In this document: piece after piece, positions 52,001 through 64,000 of the stretch | Position numbering within the stretch: the first letter of the stretch is position 1 | Layout: the number at the start of each line of letters is the position of its first letter | Assembly: GCA_050273025.1 (NCBI GenBank) | Contig: CP158636.1 | Coordinates: 8,804,001 to 8,868,000, forward strand | DNA from: Cenococcum geophilum | Lineage: Eukaryota | Direction of reading: 5' to 3' | DNA: 64,000 nucleotides | Notes under the pieces: model-generated | Told to the model about the DNA's origin: nothing | The model's input: only the letters and a program-made list of their open reading frames with translations | Database searches by the model: none | Position numbers and translations under genes: made by a program

Positions 52001-55000
52001 CTATCTTTATATCTCTATAAAAAGCACGCTCCTAGTATATAGTCTAATATATCTATTTCGACCACTATCTCTAACTATAGTTGATAGATTTTAAGAACTG
52101 GCTCCTAGGTAAACAACTGCTTAATTTTCTTAAATAGTTCCTTTTATTCTTCTCCCTATATCTATAGTTCTTCTTTTTTTATTAATTTTATAAGTGGCTT
52201 AATGTCCTTTAACTATTAAGCTATAAACCTTTTATAATAGTTACAGAACCCTAGAAATACCTTAACTATATTATATTTTCTAGTTCTTACTAATTTACTA
52301 TAGCCTTAATCTTCTTTAGATCTATACTAAGTTAGCTTAATTTAATAATAAATTTAATAAAATCCGTCTTCCTAGTAAAGAACTTGTATTTCTTAATTGC
52401 TACTAGCATCTGTTCTTCCTATAGTCTCCTTAAGACCTATTTAATATATTCTCTATGTTCTTTCTTACTTATTAAGTAGATAATAATATTATTAAGGTAT
52501 ACTATAATAAATTCATCTAAGTATTTTCTTAATATATTGTTAATACGCTTCTAAAACGTTACTAGTACGTTTATAAGCCCAAATTATATAACTGGTAGTT
52601 TGTATAGTTCTTCCTTTAACCTAAAGGCTACCTTCTATTTGTTGCCTTCCTTAATTTTAATCTAATAATACGCCTATCTTAGATCTATCTTTATAAAGAT
52701 TTACGCGTTACTAATCCTGTCTTAGATTTCGCTAATTAAGGGTAAAGGATACCTATCCTTCCTAGTAATGCTATTTAACTATCTATAGTTAATGTATAGC
52801 CTAAGTTTTCTATTCTTCTTTAGTACGAATAGTACTAGATATCCTGCTAATAACTATAATAGTCTAATATATCCCTTTTAAAGATTTTCCTAGATAAATT
52901 CTTTTAATGCTCTACCCTCTTCTTTAGTAAGCTTATAGATTGGAAAGAACCTTAAACTTATTCCTAGTTCTAATTCTATCTTATAATCCTATACTCTATA
53001 TTCTAATAGCTTTTTACTTTCTAGTAACTATAATTTTTTACTATATTTATAGTATCTCTTTAGTATATAACTTAATCCTTAATTAGTCTCCTTATATATT
53101 GCTCCAACTTAATACTATACTAACTTAGTTTATTATTATATCTTACGTTATTATATATCTCTAATATTAACCTAACCTATAACCTAATTAATCTTTAGAT
53201 TATATTCTTATAACTAAGGTATTCCTAATACTGCTTTATTATTCCCTAATGGTAATATATTAAAAGATATCTTAATTTATCTTTCTTTAATAGTTATCTA
53301 AATTAGTCCTATTTTAAGATTAATAATACCTCCTCTATAGGCTATTAGATCTCCTAAAATTATTACTAATAAATAAGGGTGCTCTTTTTATCTGTATAGT
53401 AACCCCATCCTTTTAACTGCTATTAGTAAGATATGGTTCCTTATTACTCCACTATCTATTAATACTTTAAACTATTAATCTTACTATTTAACTCTTAAAT
53501 TTAGGTATTGTCCTTAAATTCCTTTAAGGGTCTAAGGCTCTACTACTAGCTCCCTCTGGTTCTATAGGCCTCTACTTTTCCTAACTATTAGCTGCTAGAT
53601 CCTATTATACTTAGCTTACTCTTTAGCTAATGCCTAGTTCGCTTTTTGTCTTTAATATACCATAGATAAGTATTCTCTGGATATTCCTACTATTATTATC
53701 TATCTAAGCATTCTTCTATAAGGAATCTTTCTGGTTAAAATACTAAATTTCCTTCCTTTTAGGCTTTTGTTAGATGCTAGCTATGTATATACTTAGTATT
53801 CCTATACTATTGTTTATCTATTATTTAGTATATCCTCATAGGGTATTTCCGATTCTTTTCCTTTGGATTTTTATATATTTCGCATATATCGTCTACGCAT
53901 GCAATCTATAATAGCGTATAGTGTACTAAGTGCTTTAGCTTAACTCTTAACTTATCTTTATCTTTAAGTTTAAACCTTTATTATACTAATCTAAATATTA
54001 TAACTTTATTTATAGGTACTAAGATGCGTCTCTTGCTTCTCTAGTCCTCTAATTATTCCTCTAGATCCTTTAATATTATAATTAAGGCTCCCTTAATATA
54101 ATTTATTACTTTTTCCGTAATTAGGTGGTTTTAAATAACTTTTTCATTTAACTATATATAGAAATCTTCCCACTTATTATTATATCGTTGCCTATACCAC
54201 TTTTAGTATAGCTGTTAGAGTATATACAGTCTATCTATAAGGAAGTATCTTCTTATTACTGCGTTGTGACAGCCTTTTATATGTCGTTCCTTAAACCTAG
54301 TAGAAATCCCTAAATCCTCTTCTTATTCTAGTTTAATAAGCTACTTAGCTCTTAGTATGCCTGCTCTTAGCCTATTAGTAATTCTTTATACTAGCGCTCT
54401 GTCCTTTATACGTCCTAATATACTAGATCTCTTATCTAGTTTCTGTTCTTGCTATAAGGTAATTCTTACTCTAAATTTCTTTATGGTTTCTTTTTTTTCG
54501 CGTCTTATAAGTAGATCCTTAAAGTCTTCTTACTTCTTAATCTTAGTATTAAACTCTTAATCTTTAGTCTAAATATCTTGTTTAACTAGTAAGTCCTCTA
54601 GGTTTATATATCTATCTCCTAATCTAACTGCTATTTATATTATAGATTCTCTAATCTATAATAAAGCTCCTTACCTCTTACTTATAGGTGTCCTAATTTG
54701 TACTCTAAATTCTTAGTCCCTTAGATCCTTTAATCTTAAGCTTACTTCTAACTTAAGCTTAGCTCTAGCCTTAGTCCAACTAGGCTTTATTAGTGTTCTT
54801 ATCTCGTCTTAAGAGTCTTAAATCTTACTTATCTTGTCTTAAGAGTCTTATACCGTTAGGAACACTTATCCCAAGCTTATTTATATATCCTTAAACTAAG
54901 CTATTACCCTACTCTATTAGTTTGCGTCTATTATAAGTCCTTAAGTATACCTTATCTCTTCTTAAGAATCTTAGTTGTCTCTTATCTTATCTTAAGAATC

Positions 55001-57070
55001 TTAAGCCTTTAGCCTTTTGCCTTTATTAAGTAGTAAGCTAGCACTAGTAGTTATCTGCTTGCTTAATTGTCTCTAAATATTACTCCTTCCGTCTTATAAA
55101 GTAATGGATGCTATATCTAACGGTGTTATAATGCCCGTTACTAAACCTTACTCTATAGCGGTCTTAGTCTCTACTTTTATTACATTATTAAGGTTTAGAT
55201 ACCCCTAGTTAGTTTCTTTACTATCCTTATTACTATTAATTAATAAGTACTCTAACTCTATTATTATTGTTGCTAATTATTATCCGTATATTACTATAAT
55301 ATCTTAATCTAGCTTATAGAGTTAATCTTATTCTTTATCTAACTCTTTAGTTCCCTTAAGTCCTCTTAACTCTAGCTCTTATAGCTAATAGCTTACGCCG
55401 TACTTAGCGTCTTTATAAATTTAGTATATATTATTATAATAAAACGCAAAACTTCTAATTAAACATTTTTTATTCCTCGCAGTATACTATCGTCCCTCTA
55501 TATATATGTGTTATATGCTACTAGTCTAGTTCCCTTTACTATATAATAACTCTAACTACTTCTATAGTCTTTAGCGAAATAACCCTATTTTCTATAATTT
55601 ATATAAGCTCTGTCTTTAAACTATTGCTTTTACTATAGAGTCCGCTTAAACGTCTTCTGCTATTAAGATCCTTAGTTTAGCCTATGCTCCTTAGTCCTAT
55701 AATTACTTAATCCTTAACCTCTAAGTTTATATAGTTACTTTCCCTATCTCTTATAGGTTTCTCTAGTACTACTTAGGTCTATTAGCTTTACGCCATACTA
55801 TAGTTTTTAATTTAGCTTTAGTTATTACGTGCTCTACGTCTTATATAACTATAAAACTCTATCCTAGCCTCTCTTAACCTATTCCCTTTAAAAGATCCTA
55901 TTATTAATCTTAATCGCTTAATCTATTAATTTCCTTAGGGTATCCGCATCTTCTATTAGAATAATTACGTCCTAAACTTTAGCCTTAAGTCCCTATTTAT
56001 ACTATACTATAAGCGCCTTATTATTCTACTTAAGTTATATAGCTAGCGTTTAGAACTACGTTATATATTTAATTGCTAAAGTTTATTATATTAGGTCCTA
56101 AAGCTTTCTTTTTACTATAGTTATTGCTTTTGGGTCCCTAAATATTTGTATAAGTTATTCTATAAATCTATTCTAGCTTAAAAACATAAACCGTACTTCT
56201 TAGTTTGTTATTATTATTCCATTTACTTATATCTCTATAAGGTAAGGCTTAAACTATTTAAGTGCTCTTCTTAATAAGAACAATCCTGTATATACTACTT
56301 AATCTATAGTTATTACTAGCTTTACTCCTTTTTACGTAACCTTAAAGTATATTTATATAAGAAATCCTTTAAGCTTTAATCTTTCTCCTAAGAATCTTTT
56401 AATTAATAGTAACTTAACCTTTACTGCGCCTATCCCGTTAATCCTTTATTTAAGTGCTCTAGTATTTTCTATTAACTGGTTAACTATTTCTTATAATTGT
56501 TTTACCGTTATAGGTTGTTGCAAGTTAGTGTCCGCTATACTAGTGTTACCCCCTAACCTTAACATAGTTGCCGCCGTTAATGGCGTTATAGTGGCTGCTT
56601 TTAGTAGCATATTATTTAACTTATTAAAACCATAACTGTGGTAGTAATTATATAATAGAGCCTTATAGTAGGAACTACGGTAAACTCATTAATAGGCTAG
56701 GTATATAGGTATTAAATAAAGTTAACAACATAATAATAACTAGTGGAGTAGTTGCCTAACAGATTAACTCTAATTATATTCTAAGAATTACTATAAGGAA
56801 GAAACTATCTAGGTAGGGACTGAGGGTCCTTAAATACACAACCGTACTCCTATGAAAGTCGTTGCTTTATCTACTCTATCTACTCTATTCGCTCTGTCAC
56901 AGATCTCGCAGATCACCCAGATCACACAGATCACATCACGTGACTCTACTTACCATTCCTCGTCACATGGTTCCACAGGTTCCATCCTGGACCGTGCCTG
57001 TATTAACCAACTAGCTTCTTCCGACTCCTCTCCAAGTAGTCGTAACATCGTACTTGAAGCGTCCGTAACA
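49046..57070 (-). mobile_element. Ty3/Gypsy family D copy 3 (D3), full length 8.0 kb, uninterrupted, RIP-degraded
   Basis: 420-bp LTRs 49046-49465 and 56651-57070; TSD GCCGT at 49041-49045 and 57071-57075. gag-PR-RT-RH-IN-chromodomain order by colinearity with D1/D2. Confidence 0.92.
49574..50160 (+). pseudogene. Antisense accessory ORF of Gypsy D with a Cx2Cx6Cx13Cx2Cx8C (Zn2Cys6-like) motif
   Basis: In-frame ATGs at 49574 and 49652. Cys codons survive as tgt/tgc in some copies and as RIP products tat/tac in others (D1 ~40930-41050, D2 ~25530-25655, remnant ~3105-3230). 3' end uncertain. Confidence 0.55.
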
Positions 57071-57275
57071 GCCGTCTTATTGAAAAAATTTGCAGAAGAC
57101 AAGAAAACCACAAGTAAAGCTTAGCCGAATGTCAGAACTCGTGTTAGAGTCAAATTGATAAGAATCTAGGCTATTTATGTAGCGGGGAGGGACCCCCCTA
57201 TAGAACCCTCGAACTAGGGCCTACTTGGCTTTCGACACCGAAAATGTGCAAAGCCTTGTTTGCCAAGTCCTAGAA

Positions 57276-58043
57276 TCACGAACGAACCTGCTCTGCGAGT
57301 CCATATGCTGCTTGGTAGCGCGGAACATCGGAGGGGTCAGGCGAGCTGACTTGATCTCCCTTCAACTTTGGATAAACTTCAGAGATGAACTTTTTGTCGG
57401 TTTTAGAGAGAGTGGGATTGTCTTGTGTGGAGAAGCTATTCTGAGTTAAGTCCGGTTTGAATGCGTACATCATGATCGAGTCCGGATCGAAATTGGAAAA
57501 CCGAACGGTGTCAGGTTTTGCCTTCTGGAGCACGTTTCGATCCACCTTATCCCTGCCCCACCCGTATCTAACGTCGTAATGCGAATAAACCTTATCTGTG
57601 TCCCAAATAATAGGACAGACGGGAGAAGCATGTTCGTGTACGCATCCCAGCGCGTGCCCAAATTCGTGGAGGACTTGATGTTCTAGTTCCTGTTGGTGCA
57701 TATAAGCCGTGACGAACAAATTCATGGTACAGTCATGGCCTTGAGCGGCTTTTCCAATAAAGGAAAAGCTTCCAAGGCCTCTGTCGAAAGATATGCGAAT
57801 GTCCGAGTCTCCATCGGTGACGAATTTGAATGCGAGATTGACATGTGGCTGCCATACTCCGATAATGCGCTTCACATTATCTTGAAGTTCTAAGGAACCG
57901 TTGAGGAATTTGATACGGATGGTTTGGCCATTGTCCCAGCGCAGACGGTCATCCACCACCATATGGAGTGGCTCTGTCGTGGTATCATCGCGAAGAACTT
58001 CATTAATTTCAATCTTCTTAGAGGCGCCGCCCGAATTGGTCAT
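57276..58043 (-). CDS. Zinc metalloprotease, metzincin/astacin-like (M12A, ZnMc), ~255 aa, intronless
   Basis: Open frame from ATG 58043 (MTNSGG...). HEFGHALGCVHEH zinc motif, Met-turn DPDSIMMY, SDIRISF and GSFSFIG family motifs. Balanced GC with no RIP signature. The ORF-track extension to 58223 starts at a non-ATG codon. Confidence 0.9.
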   Translation of the reverse strand: MTNSGGASKKIEINEVLRDDTTTEPLHMVVDDRLRWDNGQTIRIKFLNGSLELQDNVKRIIGVWQPHVNLAFKFVTDGDSDIRISFDRGLGSFSFIGKAAQGHDCTMNLFVTAYMHQQELEHQVLHEFGHALGCVHEHASPVCPIIWDTDKVYSHYDVRYGWGRDKVDRNVLQKAKPDTVRFSNFDPDSIMMYAFKPDLTQNSFSTQDNPTLSKTDKKFISEVYPKLKGDQVSSPDPSDVPRYQAAYGLAEQVRS

Positions 58044-58941
58044 GTTGTGGATAAGTTCTATTTGTCGCGACCAGGTAGGTGAAAAGAGCGAGTAATAGTG
58101 GAGAAGCAAGCAGTGTAGCTTATGCTGAATCAGCCAGGCGTAGTGTCCGGAGCACTGTGAGGCAGAGGAGAAAGGAAGGGGGAAGAGCTGTATTAATGTT
58201 TGCTTCTGTACGGACAATTTCAAAGGATAAGAACTTACTTAGATTCTAAAGAATTAAATGGTCAGGCATCTCCTGGATGTGCTGGCCTCACTAAACAGGT
58301 TTACGCTGTAAAGGGGTAACATATGTAAGACTCGCCTTATTTGGATACGTTTTAGCTTTCTTATTGGATTATCGCCTTACAACACGTGCGTTATGCCAGG
58401 AAAAGTCAGTTGTGAGGCGTCGCCGTGCGTTGCGCAGGTCAGTGTTGGGTAGTTTCGCCTAGAGGTCCAATAAGGGAATAACGCTGCCATACTCCCGGAA
58501 CACTGTGGAGAAACGAAGGGAGGCACGGGCGAGACACGGGCAGTAGAGCCACTAGTAGAGCCACGAGCAACAGGGCCTGCATAAGTCGCCAAGTAAGCTG
58601 CATAACCAGCCGAGAAAGCTTGCAACGATCGCAGCGTTCCCAGCCCGCACCGACCGCGGATCAAGCCAAACCAAGCCAAACCAACCCAGACCGACCCAGA
58701 CCAACCCCTTCGTGGAAAAGGCCGGCGTGATACGGCATTAGCTTGCTAAGAATCCCGGGACAAATACCGACGCTGATGTCGCAAGGGAGGAGCCGGTCAG
58801 TCCGGCTATCGCGAAAAGCTACTGGACCTGCTGAGGATGCTAAAGATACTGTATTGTATCTATGGGAGGCGTTATCTCAGTAAGCGACTCAGGCGGCAAA
58901 CGAGATAAATCTCACTAGTACTTAGCTAGTATAGCTTTATA

Positions 58942-60361
58942 CAAGGGGGTAACATGAGCGGGCCAGCTGCCCTCCCTGCAAGCGCTTCCTGCTAGTGCTT
59001 ATATTGCCACATTGCCACATTAAAAACAGTGCTTATTTAGTATTTTGTAGGACCCCTATCTGCAGCAATTACAGCAAGGCAGCGCTCCCTTATATTGCCA
59101 GTATACTTCTCAAAGTCTTCGGGTTCGAGCTTCTCCCATTCCTTCTCTGCATACCTCCTAACCTCCTCTTTTGTTATAGGAAATCTACGTTGTATTCTCC
59201 CCTTTAATAGCCTCCAAATATTCTCAATTGGGTTTAAATCTGGAGAATTTGCCGGCCATTCCATTATAACTATGCCATTCTGCTCCTAGGCTAGGCGGGT
59301 TGCTTTTACTAAGTGAATTAAGGCATTATCCTCTATAAGAATAGGCTGGTGTTATAGTGTTTGCCATAACTCCCATGCAAAAGCCTTAATATTAGGGCAT
59401 ATATACGTACGATATACGTTGCCATTTATTGTCTTCTTCTTATAGCCAAGATTAATTGACTAGTCCTTCTTAAAAACAACCAAAGGCCCCTTATTTCTAT
59501 GGGAAATGCTACCATAAATTATCTAGCTTAAGTAGCCCCTAAATTTAGGGACACAGTAATTAATATCGTACTTCTCCTTAGCGCATCTAGTAACAAAAAT
59601 CTGGCCTCCGCCGGTTTAAATAGACGCCTTATTAGTCTATATTACTGCTGCCCACATCTTAGGAGTCCATTTAAGATGAGAATAGGCCTATTTTAGCCTA
59701 GCCTCTCGTTATTTAGGTGTAATAAGGGGCTTCTCCGTCGCAATGCGGCGAAAATATCCCTCTTTTTTAAAGGCTTTATATAGAGATCGCTTGCAGGCAG
59801 AGACGCCCTCTAGGAATATAATCTCTTTAAATGGCTTTTGTTGGTGGAAACGATTAAGCTTAGCACGCGTAATAAGGCGCTTTTTTATTAGAGTATTGAT
59901 ATCTGGCTTTTTTTCTTTTTGCTTTTAAGGGGTCTAGGTATTCTTTTAGAGGGAGGCAGAGATTACACTGTAAGAGATATTAAGAGAGCTACCGATCTTC
60001 TTATGGGTCCAACTAGCATAGCGACTAAGAGAATATGCGATATTACGCTCGTGTAAGGATAGCCGGGTTCCTGCATTTTGAAGAACTGGATAGCTGAGTA
60101 TTGGAGGTAGATAGTGGCCACGTTTATGGCGTATAAGATTTAGCATTTTAAGATATATATTGAGATGTATATTAAGATGTACATTAAAATGTATATTATA
60201 TCTTGCATTTCAATTACTTTATATTACCTCCAGGTTGTGCTCTCGCAGCTTCTTTGGCTGCTTATAAATTATTAGATTACTATAAGAGCTATACTTTATA
60301 TGGCTAATACCGCGCCAACGCTAGCAGGGAGGGCAGCTGGCCCGCTCATGTTACCCCCTTG
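58942..60361 (-). mobile_element. Tc1/mariner DNA transposon (DD34E), 1.42 kb, partly RIPed
   Basis: ~43-bp TIRs caagggggtaacatgagcgggccagctgccctccctgc..; TA TSD at 58940-58941 and 60362-60363. Confidence 0.93.
59037..60146 (-). pseudogene. Tc1-like DD34E transposase with RIP stops
   Basis: (W)TDEAS near 59625-59640. EDNA...WPANSPDLNPIENIW with 34 residues between D and E. Confidence 0.88.
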
Positions 60362-61099
60362 TATAAAACCCCTACTAGCTTTATTAAACCCCTGCTAGCG
60401 TTATATAACCCCTGTACTTGGAAGCGCGGTCTCGTTTGCCGTCTGAGGGCCTTTGGTGCGAAAATGTATGAAGTGAACCTTTAAACCGGAAAAGTAACAG
60501 TCCGACGTCCAAGCGGGCTTAGACCGCCCAGGCCACGCGCGCTTAGGCCAAATCTCAACGTTGCTACTAAAGATAAGCCCCTTTCTTGGAAAAGTTAGCA
60601 AAATTCTATATACGGCTTAGTTAATGCCTAGAAATACCTAGTACGCCTTAATATAAGATAGGGCGCGGAGTTAGACTTACTCTAAAAGTATAAGATAATA
60701 TGTCGCATTTTATATATTTTCCGAGAAAAAATATATATTTGGTCCTTTTTCTAGTACTTAATAAACTGTTATAATAGAACCTAGCGCCAAGTTTCTAAAG
60801 GCATGTAATTACTAGTAAAATTGGCTTAAAGCTTCTTTAAGACTAAAAAGTAACCGTTTGGTAACCGTCTGGTAATAGTCTAGTAGAGGTCTAGATGTAG
60901 TCTTAAGGGGTGCTACTAGGAATTTGGCCTTATCTACTAAATTTTCTAAGAAAATCTTAAAAGCGGGCATGCGCCGTAAGCACGAATTTTTTAACGTAGT
61001 AGATACTAAGTCTTATTATAAATTCTAAATGCGCACTTATAATTTATCGGAAAAAATAAGAGGAAAAACCGTAAAAAAGTTTTATCGTTTTATTACGCT

Positions 61100-62424
61100 A
61101 ATTAAAATTATTATTATCCTAAGGCCGAGATTCCCCTTTAAGTTCTCGGTATTTTTAAGTAATTTGGTAATTACTCTTATATACCTCTACCTTTAAACCT
61201 TTTTAATATATAAAAACTTTGTTAAAACCTAGTAATTTTCCTTAATATTTAGCTCTTGCCCTTATAACATCCTTAATATTAATTATTTAACGTTTTAACC
61301 GAGCTTTTAATACTATTTCTATCCATTTTATGCGCCTACTCTACTTAGAGCTCTTATTAACCGTAGAAAAGTCCTCCTAAAAAGCAGTTTCACTAAAATA
61401 TATGCTATATATTAATATAATAGTCTATAAAATAAAGTATAATTAGTAAATATAGGTAGGGCTTTTAATATAAATTAGATATATTAATACCTTTTGCTCT
61501 AAATAGCCCTTTTTTAAGGTTTTTTAAGACTCTTTTACTACGCTACGGTATAATTAAGCCTAATATTTTAATGGAATTGGAACACCTTTTACTTTTATAA
61601 GTAAAGAGTAATACTAATTATAAAATAATTAAGAAATATTATTAGTATAACTAATAATTCCGTACGGCCATATAATATCCTTATTTAAGAACTTTAGTAG
61701 TGTTCCGTTTATAGTAATTTCCCTAAATAGGTAATAGTTTTCTTAGAGTGGCAGAGAAGATTTAAGGGTATTTAACTGGAAAATTAAGGTTAATACTTAA
61801 GGTTAGTTAAGGTGCTAAACGGCATTAGACTAAGATGGATTTTGCATAAGTTTTATAAAAGTCTCTTAAAGACCTTACTGCACTAAAGTAAAATCTCTAG
61901 CAGTCTTAATATTTAAGTTAAAATTAAATAAATTCTGTCTTTAAATAGTAACCTCTACTTAGAGAGGTAAAGCGTAATCTCTTTCTTAATGCAGCTAAGA
62001 TATATTAGAGGAATTCTTGGAGACTAAGAGAGTATAAGAGTGGGTCTTAGAGGGACTAAAAAGTAAAGGTATTTTTTGGTATTTTCGAAGATTATTTAAC
62101 GGTGTAGGTAAATTCTTAGAGGATTGATATCCTTTATATTGGATTCTTTAAGAAACCGCACTGTTTCTCCTTTATCTTGCCTAAAGAAATTAATTATATT
62201 TTTCTATTAAGGATATACTCTTATTACGGTTATACTAACATTTCCTTATAAATTATAATCTCTTTATATGTTCTTTTTCTAGATTAAATAAATTCCTTAG
62301 TAAACCCAAGAAGCCGTTTATTTTAAATAGCAACTATAGCATCTTAAGCTTTATTTCTTATTAAACTCGAGGTTCCTCCTATACCCTAATTAAGCTGCTG
62401 CTTTTTTCTTTTTAATGGAGCTAT
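61100..62424 (-). pseudogene. RIP-degraded gene of unknown function, divergent from the tyrosine recombinase
   Basis: Begins ata(ATG) gct cca tta aaa aga aaa aag cag cag (MAP.KRKKQQ). Probable intron at ~62181-62218. No domain recognised; 3' end is a guess. Confidence 0.35.
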
Positions 62425-62679
62425 ATTAAGGGAAATAATTATAATAATAGAACTTTTAGAGATTTTATTAAAAATATTTTAAAATTTTAGATATTTAATT
62501 TTAGATTTATATAGCAAAAATAGCTATATTAGCGGTTTTTTCTATAAACGCTAATTATTTTTTAGATTTCTTTAATAAAGGATTTACCCCGTACCTTATT
62601 TTTACTAAAAACCTTCTAATTATTTTCCACGCATATAAGCCTTAGAAAAATTAAGAATTACTTTCTCTCTTCTTAGAAA

Positions 62680-64000
62680 ATGTCTTATCTCTCTTAAATT
62701 AACTCTTTTCTTTTGTTATTAGATACTAAAACTCCCTTAAATCCTATATAGAAAGCTATAGAAGATGCCGAAATTAATAAGGAACTTAATAAGTAATAAG
62801 AGATTTTAGTAGCAGAATCTAATAATTCCGTTAGAATTAATAAGTTGTTTAAAACTATATATAAGGCTGTAGAGGGTGCATTAGTACCTATAACTTTATC
62901 AGGTTATATAGGGTATATTTCCTATATATTCTAAGAATTTAGTTAAAAATACTTATATCTAATAAGATTATTCTAGGCAAATTAAAAAGTATATTGAATT
63001 TGTGAAAAAGGAAGCCCTAGAGCTTAAAAAGTTTGTTAAAAAGCTAAATAAAGATGTTCCACTATTAATATGCCTATAGATTTAATCTATCTGTAAAAAG
63101 GCCGAACCTAGCTTATCTTCTTAGTTACTATAAGAAAGTAAGAATAGAACCTAGTTATATGCGCAAAAAATGCGTGTAGCAGTCTCCTATTTTTACGCTC
63201 ACGAGGTTCGTCTTAGAAGTAATTAATTTTCTGAGAAAAGTAATAGAGAATAGACAGGAAACCTAACACTTTTAGATATTATGGCAAGATATATAAAAAG
63301 TCTACATAGATAAAAGGTATATTTTCTTTCTTAGTAATACTAATAATTATTTACTATTTACTATAACTAACGCTATTTTATAGACTTATATAGGAGAAAC
63401 TTAAGAAAGCGTAAGAGTAATTACTGTGTTAAAGCTTTAAGAGCTTTACGAATATAACGCAAATCTTAAATATACTTCTTAGTTATCCCGTCTTCCTATA
63501 GGTTAAGGAGGACGGATTTAGGGAGGTGTTTATTAGCGTATTATGATAAGCCTTATGTATATAATAGCTTTTGTTTATTTTCTTAGATTTAATAAGGTTC
63601 TACGTATTAAAGTTTAGCATATTTAAATCCATAACCTTACTACTGGAAAGGTTAAACTTACGCTTAATTTTTAGAAAACACATTAAATAGGAGGTAAGAT
63701 CTTAAATTTTTAAAAGTATACCTAATTTTAACGGCTTTGTAGAAATCTAACCCTTTTTTCTTTACTTTAACCGAGAAGAGCCCTGGCTTAATGTACCCAC
63801 TCTTTTACTTAAATGGCTAGATATCTTAAAAGTTACGTTAAGTTACTTATTTAGACCATTTAATATATTTAACCAGCCAATGGTTAGTAAAAATGTTAAA
63901 TTAGTAGGTTTTTTATTATTTTATAGAGAGTTTATTATTTTAATATTTTATCTAGGCCTCTAGAGTTTTTCTTTAGAATTTTTAATAAAATCTTGTTAAT
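62680..64000 (+). pseudogene. Intron-containing tyrosine recombinase (phage-integrase fold), RIP-inactivated, truncated by the window end
   Basis: ATG at 62680; introns 62913-62976, 63317-63383, 63694-63742 and from ~63904. De-RIPed translation gives PLLICLWI..C, YAQKMRAAVSY, GNPTLS..MARYMKSLHRRK, GE..ESVRAIT, WGG..R, AFVCFLRFDEVLRI, LTLDFRKTHQ.GEI.PF and YLFRPF. Confidence 0.8.

Noticed and set aside
56852..57124. 90-aa ORF with a hydrophobic N-terminus as a secreted effector
   Set aside because: Lies almost wholly within the D3 LTR; low-complexity QIT repeats derive from LTR repeats.
58044..58223. 60-aa N-terminal extension of the protease
   Set aside because: Starts at a non-ATG codon, is not signal-peptide-like, and resembles a pyrimidine-rich 5' UTR.
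58377..58679. 100-aa minus-strand ORF upstream of the protease
   Set aside because: Non-ATG start and no recognisable motif; probably promoter region.
62680..64000. Calling this a Starship captain
   Set aside because: No DUF3435-specific motif or Starship terminus was recognised, and the gene does not appear to be first at an element end; left as an unclassified tyrosine recombinase.

Overview
Fungal (ascomycete-type) AT-rich repeat isochore. About 90% of the window is nested transposable elements ruined by repeat-induced point mutation (RIP): TpA excess, CpA/TpG loss, and CAA/CAG/TGG codons turned to stops. Contents resolved by eye from terminal repeats and target-site duplications (TSDs): at least four Ty3/Gypsy families (three copies of one family 'D'), a 2-kb non-autonomous LTR element, five Tad1-like LINE insertions, a MITE and a DD34E Tc1/mariner. 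The only clearly intact gene is an intronless astacin-like zinc metalloprotease (57276-58043, minus strand). Three highlights. (1) Two LINE insertions are composites: the same ~1.75-1.85 kb apparently non-coding module is fused to 3' halves of two different LINEs, and the module begins exactly at a canonical HDV-like self-cleaving ribozyme fold. (2) A RIP-inactivated, intron-containing tyrosine-recombinase gene starts at 62680 and runs off the window, ~4.6 kb from the protease. (3) Gypsy family D carries an antisense ORF with a Zn2Cys6-like cysteine pattern. All alignments and translations were done manually; no database searches were run.
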